Positions 56,575 through 64,000 of a stretch of 64,000 nucleotides of DNA are shown in pieces. This stretch comes from Cyanobacteria bacterium P01_A01_bin.123 (GTDB lineage: Bacteria > Cyanobacteriota > Cyanobacteriia > Phormidesmidales > Phormidesmidaceae): NCBI GenBank assembly GCA_039815185.1, contig JBCBZT010000023.1:1-64000 (forward strand). Reading direction: 5' to 3'. The notes under the pieces were generated by a model, which saw only the letters and a program-made list of their open reading frames with translations, had not been told where the DNA came from and ran no database searches. The translations under genes were made by a program, and so were the position numbers. Numbering within the stretch: the stretch's first letter is position 1; every line of letters starts with the position of its first letter.

Positions 56575-57750
56575 TCAGGTTGTCTTCCCAACCGTAACCA
56601 AATATAGGGCAGCTTCCTCCGCTCCATCGATATCGAGTAACTGATTGAGCGGATCGTCGAAAAATGCCCCGATGCTGCATACGCCAAGGCCCAACGCCGT
56701 GGCTGCTAGATAAAGGTTTTGGCCCAGATGCCCGGCTTCCATCAGCACATAACGGTAGGTGCGCTCATGATATTTCCAGCGGGTGCGCTGAAAAATGCCG
56801 GATACGACAAAACACACATTGGCTTCTCCTAAGAATTCTTGGTTGAGTCCTGCTTGAATCAGCGGTTGGCGTAAGTCCCCAGCCTTCACCAGTTCTAGTT
56901 TGTGGTGTTCGATAGCGTGGTGGTATAGCCCAGGTTCTAAGCCTTCAACGTGATTAATAATCGGGTAAATCTCCAGGGGATATAGGGCACCAGAAGACGG
57001 TACGGTGCGGAAGTCTCGTTCATCCCAGGTGATGCCTTGGGCCAGGTGTAAGACCTGGGATAGGTGGGCTAAAGATAAGGTGCTGTTTGTGTTGTAGTTG
57101 CGGCGTGATCGCCGTTGGGTAAGCGTGGTGACGAGATCGGGTATTGTGCCGCCGTTTACGGTAGATGGGTTGATTCCTGGATCTGGGAGATCAATCTGTT
57201 GTGCGTTCGGATAGGTCTTGTAGAGGGATGGCTTACTGCCCCAGTTGAGTAGAGTGCCAATCGTTTCTGCATATCCGGGCTGACTCCACCGGTGATAGAG
57301 CAGGCCAAGGTCTGGTTCCGCGTCGGATAATTCCAAGCTTTCACGTGGCGTGATCAAGCGATTGAAGCCAATGCCGGTCGCGATCGCGAGAATAGCCAGC
57401 ACAATATAGCGCCGCCCGGTAAGTTTTGGGCTGGCAGCTTTGACCGGGGCTGGACCGATTGCTGAAGTAACTGTTGTTTGGGGAAGTGTTGTTTGTGGAA
57501 GGGGTTTACTGATGCGATCGCTTGGGTTTTCAGCCCTGGTACGAAACCGATTGCGGACAAACGCTTTGACCCTAACCCAGGTCTGGATCAAATGGGCCAC
57601 AGCTAAAGACATCCAAAGGTACCCGACCTGGCTGTGAAATCCGAAGTGATGCAGGCCCATCGTATCTGCAATCAGGCCCGTAATAAACACATAGATGCTG
57701 CTACCCACCAACAAAACGATCACGACGTAGTCGAGATCACGTCGTTTCAT
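56575..57750 (-). CDS. SagB/ThcOx-type nitroreductase with an N-terminal His-containing membrane domain
   Basis: RRSRR, RTVPSSGALYPLEIY, WKYHERTYRY..MEAGHLGQN, IGAFFDD; GGAGG RBS before ATG 57750. Confidence 0.88.
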   Translation of the reverse strand: MKRRDLDYVVIVLLVGSSIYVFITGLIADTMGLHHFGFHSQVGYLWMSLAVAHLIQTWVRVKAFVRNRFRTRAENPSDRISKPLPQTTLPQTTVTSAIGPAPVKAASPKLTGRRYIVLAILAIATGIGFNRLITPRESLELSDAEPDLGLLYHRWSQPGYAETIGTLLNWGSKPSLYKTYPNAQQIDLPDPGINPSTVNGGTIPDLVTTLTQRRSRRNYNTNSTLSLAHLSQVLHLAQGITWDERDFRTVPSSGALYPLEIYPIINHVEGLEPGLYHHAIEHHKLELVKAGDLRQPLIQAGLNQEFLGEANVCFVVSGIFQRTRWKYHERTYRYVLMEAGHLGQNLYLAATALGLGVCSIGAFFDDPLNQLLDIDGAEEAALYLVTVGKTT

Positions 57751-58004
57751 ATTGCCTCCAGGGACTTTCGCCCCGTTTACCCAGACTTTCACATCATAGC
57801 CAAATGGCTACAAGGTTAGAGTCCAGGAGGCAACCTTAACTAGGCTGCAACCACAGCTCGATAGCGTGCCTTACCATCCCGAACCTGTTGAATAGCTTGA
57901 TTGATATCTTTCATTGCAAACTGTTCGCACATCGGCGTGATGTTGTGGGTAAAGAGCAATTTTGATCGGGTTGATCGATAACACTCTAGAAGTGCAATTA
58001 GTTT

Positions 58005-58949
58005 TTATACAATCGCTAAAACAGCCTTACCTTCAAATTTTCGATCCAGTAAATCCTGGGCATAGCGGGGTGTTTCTGACCAATCTGCCTCAATGATGTT
58101 TGGAACTGTCAACTTTTGATCTGCGACAAGCCGCAACAGTCTTGCTAACGCCATAGAAGAGGGCTGCAATTCGACCTCGGTGTAGAGGGTGAGCCCATAG
58201 ATAGTACGCTGGCCCCCGTTGCCGAAAAGCGCTGGATAGGAAGAAAATTGGAGATCATAGCCACTTGATGCGCCGTAACTGACCAAGATTCCACCTTTTG
58301 CTGTGTTTTCTAGCAACTTACCAAATAGCGAACCCCCCACCCCATCGACAACTAGGCGATAAGGCCCTTCAGTGTTCAATCCAGTGCCGTCGGTGGTCAC
58401 AACCACAGCATCAGCACCCAGAGTATGGGCAAAATCTACCTGCTCCGGCTTGCGAACTTGAGCCACAACCCGCGCTCCGCTGAGTTTAGCTAACTGCAAG
58501 GCAAAAGAGCCAACGCCTCCGGTGATGCCGTTGACCAGTACTGCACTGCCAACCAAGCGAGTTCCTTTGTCAATCGCTGCTAAAGCTGTTAAGCCAGCGA
58601 CAGGTAGGGTGGCAGCTTGGGCATCTGAGACACTGTCAGGAATCGGTGCAAGATAGTTAGGATCACCGATCACATATTCGGCAAAAGCATCCATTTCCGG
58701 TCTCCAGCCAACCACCCTTGTCCCTGTTGGAGGGCCATTACCATCGGCTGCAGATTGGAAGATGGTGCCGACGTAATCCCAGCCAATCGATCTCCCTTTT
58801 TCGGCGTTTTGGGCGGCTGCTATCTCTCCCCGATTAAGCGAAAAATGGGTTACCTTGACCAAATTTTGATGAGGCAGCGGTTGGGGGTCTTGCGTCTCGC
58901 TGAACGTGAGTAAACTGGTCTGGCTAGCGTCTATGATGATGCGTTTCAT
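58005..58949 (-). CDS. MDR-family (quinone oxidoreductase-like) dehydrogenase
   Basis: SLNRGE, GWDYVG, AATLPVAGLTA, GITGGVG, GKAVL. Confidence 0.9.
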   Translation of the reverse strand: MKRIIIDASQTSLLTFSETQDPQPLPHQNLVKVTHFSLNRGEIAAAQNAEKGRSIGWDYVGTIFQSAADGNGPPTGTRVVGWRPEMDAFAEYVIGDPNYLAPIPDSVSDAQAATLPVAGLTALAAIDKGTRLVGSAVLVNGITGGVGSFALQLAKLSGARVVAQVRKPEQVDFAHTLGADAVVVTTDGTGLNTEGPYRLVVDGVGGSLFGKLLENTAKGGILVSYGASSGYDLQFSSYPALFGNGGQRTIYGLTLYTEVELQPSSMALARLLRLVADQKLTVPNIIEADWSETPRYAQDLLDRKFEGKAVLAIV

Positions 58950-58996
58950 ATCTATGTTCTTTTGATGATTGAAGAGAGATCCTGGATCATGAATGC

Positions 58997-59287
58997 TTAC
59001 TGTGCAAATAACTCTGCCAGGCCTGTGTAAGGCTTGAGGGAAATAACCTCACAGGTTAGAACACCTGCTTTGACCATGGGCAATTTTTGCAGCTCTGCTT
59101 CAACTGCTTCAAGACTGGACATATCCCAAACCATGACAGCACCGCTCATGTCAGCGATGTAATATACAGCGCGGAGCTTTTCGGTGGCGTAAGCATCCCA
59201 GACCTGAGCGGCTTCTGGCTTCACCAATGGCAAGACTTGTTCGGTGGGTGTGCCTGTTGCAATACGGCCAATCACTAAAACTTGCAT
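58997..59287 (-). CDS. Small dimeric alpha/beta-barrel (muconolactone isomerase-like) protein
   Basis: EAAQVWDAY...GAVMVW...LPMVKAG...LKPY; GGAG RBS. Confidence 0.65.
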   Translation of the reverse strand: MQVLVIGRIATGTPTEQVLPLVKPEAAQVWDAYATEKLRAVYYIADMSGAVMVWDMSSLEAVEAELQKLPMVKAGVLTCEVISLKPYTGLAELFAQ

Positions 59288-59703
59288 CGTTGAGGCTCCC
59301 TTAGAAGTGTTGACCGACTCATGCATCTTCTAGGCTTTTGGTGGAACAACTAGAGATGACAACATGAACATTGATCTCTCAGCCTGTTTTTGCAATGCCC
59401 TAAGGACAGTTGTAGTGTGTCGTAAAGCCCATCATAAAATAATCAAAACGCCCGATTTTTACCTGATGAAACATTCAAGGTTAGTATCAACCCAAGTCAA
59501 CATATTTGGGATGAAAATTAGGTGTTTAAGTCGGAGAGATTTAGCTTGATTTTCTCATGCTTGATCTTCGATCAAAATAATAAAATAAGAAACGGTATAA
59601 GCAGTTTAAGCATGTATTTGTACACTAATAACGACCCGCAAATTTGTCAAATAAATATGATAGATAGCTGGTATTGATACAGCCGATTTGGAACTTTCCT
59701 GCC

Positions 59704-60669
59704 GTGACAATTGACTACACCAGGCTCCGTAAACTCGACCTCAACCTGTTGCTTGCGCTCGATGTCTTAATTGAAGAGGCCAGTGTGACTAGGGCGGCAG
59801 AGAAGTTGAACCTGAGCCAGTCTTCGATGAGTCATTCGCTGAAACGATTGCGATCGCTGTTGGATGATCCCATCTTGGTTCGCACGTCGCGAGACATGGA
59901 GGTTACGCCCTATGCTCGTGAAATGAGGATTGCGATTCGTCAGGTGCTTACAGATATTCAGAGCATGCTATTTGAAAGGGAAGCTTTTAACGCCAGAACA
60001 GCCCGTGAGGATTTTCGGATTGCTGCCAGTGATTATGTTGAAGCTACTCTAGGGGGTGATCTCCTACAGAATCTGAGAAACCAGGCTCCCGGCATCCGGA
60101 TCCGCATCAGCAACATTGATCGTGCTGCTGTATTAGAGGGGTTAGACAACGACAGCATTGATCTATTTATTGATGTTGATCTCCCGCATAAAGGCTGGCA
60201 TGTCAAGCAGGATTTGTATCAAGAGGAATTTGTTTGTGTGGTGAGTCGTGTACAAGCTGGTGGGCAAGGCGATCGCGAAAGCGGCTCCTCTGCATTGGAC
60301 AATCGCACGACCGATGAACTATCGCTTTCAGACTATCTCGCGCGATCGCATGTTTTGGTATCCATGCGAGATGATTTTCAAGGGAAAGCAGACCTCATTC
60401 TGGCGCAACAGCAGCAAACGAGAACTGTGGTTTGGTCAACTGCTCACTTCATGGCGGTTCCTTTTTTAATCGAAAATTCCGACTGTGTGGCATTACTCCC
60501 AAGACGGTTGGCTCAAAAGTGTGCCCAATCGATGGGATTACAGTTACTGCCACCCCCCATTGACATAACTGGGTTCACAGTTTCAATGTTTTGGCATCAA
60601 CGCAACACGAATCTGCCACAACATCAATGGTTACGCAATCAGGTTATGGAATCAGCCCAGATGCTTTAA
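59704..60669 (+). CDS. LysR family regulator (NodD/LeuO-like)
   Basis: LDLNLLLALDVLIEEASVTRAAEKLNLSQSSMSHSLKRLR; FWHQR...HQWLR. Confidence 0.95.
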   Translation: MTIDYTRLRKLDLNLLLALDVLIEEASVTRAAEKLNLSQSSMSHSLKRLRSLLDDPILVRTSRDMEVTPYAREMRIAIRQVLTDIQSMLFEREAFNARTAREDFRIAASDYVEATLGGDLLQNLRNQAPGIRIRISNIDRAAVLEGLDNDSIDLFIDVDLPHKGWHVKQDLYQEEFVCVVSRVQAGGQGDRESGSSALDNRTTDELSLSDYLARSHVLVSMRDDFQGKADLILAQQQQTRTVVWSTAHFMAVPFLIENSDCVALLPRRLAQKCAQSMGLQLLPPPIDITGFTVSMFWHQRNTNLPQHQWLRNQVMESAQML

Positions 60670-60760
60670 CCGACCTGCCAGCACGCCATCATCAACAGGC
60701 AACACCATCATCCAAGCGGTGTCCTCAGATGCCAAAAATAACAGCCTTTCTTCCAGCTCT

Positions 60761-61351
60761 TTAGATCAAGTAGAACTGAACAAAGACGACTAAGAACAAA
60801 ACATTGCTAAAAATGAGCAGGCCTTTGGTGAGTGGAGATTGCAACAACCGAAACACATACACACTCGTCACCAATGCCAACCCCAACTCAAAAATTACAA
60901 AAATATCCCCATTATGGGCTGGATCCCAATAGGAAATCGGACTCTCAAACCGATAGTTTGTTAATGGCCAGAAATGACGATGGGCATCTTCTCGGTGTAC
61001 GGGTAAATCTGCTAAACAGTGCATCACGATGCTGAAACAACACAGTGCTGCTGCCATGCCCAGGGCTCGATATCGCTGCTGACGGCTGAGCCACAGCCCA
61101 AGACCCACCCCTAATAGCGCTAATGGAATCGAATTCCAAAAATCGAACAGGTTTTGCCAAAAAGGCTCATAGTAAGCCTCACCCCAAATCTGCGATTCGG
61201 ACATATCCGTTGCGAGCTTGCCCCAACCATAGAAGACAAACATCGCCAAGTCAGGTATGAGCCCACCCCAAATAATTGGCCCGTTCCACTCGGGGCGAGA
61301 CTTACGGCCCAGAATGGCAAGATTCAGAATGGCATGGGTCGGTGTATTCAT
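60761..61351 (-). CDS. Membrane metal-dependent-hydrolase-like protein
   Basis: MNTPTH, GGLIPD, HCLADLPVHREDAHRHFWP. Confidence 0.72.
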   Translation of the reverse strand: MNTPTHAILNLAILGRKSRPEWNGPIIWGGLIPDLAMFVFYGWGKLATDMSESQIWGEAYYEPFWQNLFDFWNSIPLALLGVGLGLWLSRQQRYRALGMAAALCCFSIVMHCLADLPVHREDAHRHFWPLTNYRFESPISYWDPAHNGDIFVIFELGLALVTSVYVFRLLQSPLTKGLLIFSNVLFLVVFVQFYLI

Positions 61352-61450
61352 AACCCTTATGCTACCGCGCCCAATGATTGCAGGGTCGCTTTTTGAGCTA
61401 CCGTCAGGCCCACTATGCCGTCAATCTTCATGACTTAGCAGCTATAGGCC

Positions 61451-63049
61451 CTAACGCCGAGTCGGTGCAAGATTTTGGTGCATCGGTCGTTCAATCATCA
61501 GAGCCGCCATTGCCGCACTGGCGATCGCCAGTGCAACAGCAATTCCCATCACCACTCGAAAGCCATCAACAAAGGCGATCGCGATCGCCTGTTCCACTGC
61601 CTGATTCATGGCATTGCTCAAGCCGGGCGGAACTGCTGTGGCAGCTAAATTAATAGACTGGGCAGCTAAAGACTGTCGCGCTGATGAGGGTAAATCCAGT
61701 GGTGCGAGGCGGGCTGCAAGGCTAGATGAAAATACCGTCAGCATGACGATGCCTAAAATCGCGATCGCCAGCAAACTCGCTACCCGCGAAACCGCATTAT
61801 TGATGCCAGAAGCGGTGCCCGCATAACGGGTTTCAACCGCTTCCATCACGGTGGTTGTCAACGGAGCAACGCTAATGGCCATGCCCAAACCCAGCACCAC
61901 AATCGCCGGAAAAAACGTAATCCAGTAGCTGCCGCCCACCTGGGGAATCATCATCAGGCCGAAGCCAATTGCCGCGATCGCTGGACCAATGATCAGCGGT
62001 CTACGCGCACCATACTGACTCACCAAGCCCCCCGACCAACGCGATAAGAAAAACATAATCACCGGAAACGGCACTAAAGCCGCCCCTGCCCCTGTTGCTG
62101 AATAGTCTTGTACCTGAATCAAGTTAAACGGCAGAAAAAACAGCACCCCTCCCAAAGCCGCATACAGCAAAAACGTCAATACATTAGCCCCAGCAAAGGT
62201 TTGCGAGTGAAACAACGACAACGGCATCATCGGATTAGCCGTCTGTGCTTCAACCCGCAAAAAAGCGACTAAGAGAAGCACACCGATTGCAATCGACCCT
62301 AAAATCCAAGGATTGCCAAGCCCCAAATTTGCCGATTCCAGCAATCCAAAAACAACACTCCCCAGGCCAAGCACCACTAAAAAAGCCCCCCAGCGATCCA
62401 GGTGCTTCGCAGCCCCCTCGTCTCGACTTTCCGGCACTCGCCCCAGGCTAATGCCAAGGATGACCAGGGCTAAAGGCACGTTCATCCAAAAGATCCAACG
62501 CCAAGATAGTGTCTCAATCAGCCACCCCCCCAGTACGGGGCCAATTGCAGAAGTAATTGCCGTAAAGCCCGACCACAAACCAATCGCCCGACCTCGATCA
62601 GCCGCCGGAAAAGACGCACTAATGATGGCCAGGCTACCCGGAATCAAAAGTGCCCCGCCAATGCCCTGAATGCCTCTAGCCCAGACAAGTTGGGTGATAT
62701 CGGCTGCTAAGCCACAGCCAGCCGACGCGATCGCAAATAGAGCCACCCCCAACACAAAGATACGTCGCCGTCCGAAGCGATCGCCCAACGACCCACCGAC
62801 TAAAATCAGCGCCCCTAAAAGCAGGGCATACGCTTCTACAATCCACTGCACATCTGAGACCGTTGCATTCAGTTGGCTTTGTAGCGTCGGTAAGGCCACA
62901 TTGACCACTGTGCTACTGATGAACGCCATGCTTGAGCCCAAAATCGTTGCGGCAAGCACCCAAGGCCGTGCCTGCTGCTGACAGGGGATTTTACAAGGCT
63001 GAGCGAGAATCACGCCTGCATCACAGGGTTGTCGAATAATGTTGGCCAC
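61451..63049 (-). CDS. MFS transporter, DHA2 (EmrB/QacA-like)
   Basis: TVVNVALP, GSLGDRFGRRR, ARGIQGIGGA, GPVLGG, WRWIFWMN; probable GTG start at 63049. Confidence 0.93.
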   Translation of the reverse strand: MANIIRQPCDAGVILAQPCKIPCQQQARPWVLAATILGSSMAFISSTVVNVALPTLQSQLNATVSDVQWIVEAYALLLGALILVGGSLGDRFGRRRIFVLGVALFAIASAGCGLAADITQLVWARGIQGIGGALLIPGSLAIISASFPAADRGRAIGLWSGFTAITSAIGPVLGGWLIETLSWRWIFWMNVPLALVILGISLGRVPESRDEGAAKHLDRWGAFLVVLGLGSVVFGLLESANLGLGNPWILGSIAIGVLLLVAFLRVEAQTANPMMPLSLFHSQTFAGANVLTFLLYAALGGVLFFLPFNLIQVQDYSATGAGAALVPFPVIMFFLSRWSGGLVSQYGARRPLIIGPAIAAIGFGLMMIPQVGGSYWITFFPAIVVLGLGMAISVAPLTTTVMEAVETRYAGTASGINNAVSRVASLLAIAILGIVMLTVFSSSLAARLAPLDLPSSARQSLAAQSINLAATAVPPGLSNAMNQAVEQAIAIAFVDGFRVVMGIAVALAIASAAMAALMIERPMHQNLAPTRR

Positions 63050-64000
63050 TTTGAATCCTTTTGAGTTGGGCAGGGGCTTGAATTTGAGTGAATAAGGCGA
63101 TCGCGCGATCGCCTGCCTTTCCCGCTGCATCTGTTTGACCGATTTGCTGATAAGTCAGGGCAAGCTGAAAATAAGCATCTGCTAAGTCACATTTCGCGCC
63201 AATGTCTTCCAGCAGCTCAATCGCTTGTTGGTGCAGGGCAAGTGCCGTTTGATATTGTCCCTGAGTCCGCTCAATTTCTGCTAGCCCTTTGAGAGCATTG
63301 GCCTTGACTTGAATGTAGTGGCTGGTTTCGGCAAAAGCGATCGCGGTTTGGTAAAGTTCCACACTGGTAGACGTTTCCCCCAGCAGCGCATAGGTTTGCC
63401 CCAGCCGCTGAATAAAGTAGGCAAAGCGACCGCTTTGTGCGGGTGGTGCAGCACTTAAAAACGTGTGTTTGGCTTCTGCTGCTAGGGTCAGTGCCATTTG
63501 TGTTTCCCTCAGGTAGGCTTTGACCAGGGCGAGGCCGACGGTGGCTTTTTCGGCCCATCGGTAATGGCGGGTGCCTTGGGCCAGGTCAATCACATCGTTG
63601 AACAGTTGAGCTGCAGTGTCGAGTTCCCAAAGATCGAGGTGATATAGCCCCAGACTGAGCAGTGAATCAACCTCTAACATCCGGAAATAATAGTGCTGGC
63701 GTTGATTGTCTGGGTGATCTGCTAGCGATTGTAGACAAGCCTGGGCTGTTTGGATAACGTGCTGCTGATCTGCGATCGCAGTGTGAATCTGCCCCGTAAT
63801 CCAGTGCAGATCGCCCAAGATATTTTGCAGCTCGCTGGTTTGTTGGGGGTTATTGAGATGATCGAGAATGGCCGCGATCGCCTCCAAAACGGGCTGGACC
63901 AATCCCATGCGATACAAACTGCTGGCCAGGGGTAAAAACTGCTGCCACCGATTATCTCGACTTTGAAGCAAAACCGCCGCCGCCGCTTCGTAGTCAGCGA
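63021..64000 (-). CDS. TPR-repeat protein, 5'-partial (continues beyond the window)
   Basis: Several TPR-like helical repeats; reading frame stays open to the window edge. Confidence 0.85.
   Translation of the reverse strand, partial: ADYEAAAAVLLQSRDNRWQQFLPLASSLYRMGLVQPVLEAIAAILDHLNNPQQTSELQNILGDLHWITGQIHTAIADQQHVIQTAQACLQSLADHPDNQRQHYYFRMLEVDSLLSLGLYHLDLWELDTAAQLFNDVIDLAQGTRHYRWAEKATVGLALVKAYLRETQMALTLAAEAKHTFLSAAPPAQSGRFAYFIQRLGQTYALLGETSTSVELYQTAIAFAETSHYIQVKANALKGLAEIERTQGQYQTALALHQQAIELLEDIGAKCDLADAYFQLALTYQQIGQTDAAGKAGDRAIALFTQIQAPAQLKRIQSGQHYSTTL

Noticed and set aside
56575..57750. RiPP (azole) biosynthetic cluster
   Set aside because: No YcaO/cyclodehydratase, precursor peptide or protease nearby; stand-alone SagB-like nitroreductases are common.

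Overview
Cyanobacterial chromosomal segment, shown by psbA, psb28 and dense HIP1 GCGATCGC octamers. It is mostly accessory signalling, redox and detoxification genes: several TetR/LysR-oxidoreductase pairs, two GGDEF-EAL proteins, a CheB-CheR fusion, an ABC/lipocalin operon, katG and an MFS transporter. No CRISPR array, rRNA or intact transposase was seen. Five observations stand out. (1) A co-oriented module at 25.6-28.9 kb encodes a basic small protein, an LMW phosphatase, a CCA-ending tRNA-like RNA with a 6-nt anticodon loop and a 799-aa unknown protein. (2) Two tandem membrane class III nucleotide cyclases have lost complementary catalytic residues, suggesting an obligate C1/C2-like heterodimer. 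(3) A YbaK/ProX-like domain is fused to a cyclodipeptide-synthase-like domain. (4) A receptor-less CheBR locus has neighbours sharing an EELQTAxEE motif, and its 3' end is a deletion scar that breaks exactly at a HIP1 site. (5) A peroxiredoxin next to katG lacks its peroxidatic Cys. All protein family calls come from motif recognition by eye; no database searches were run.
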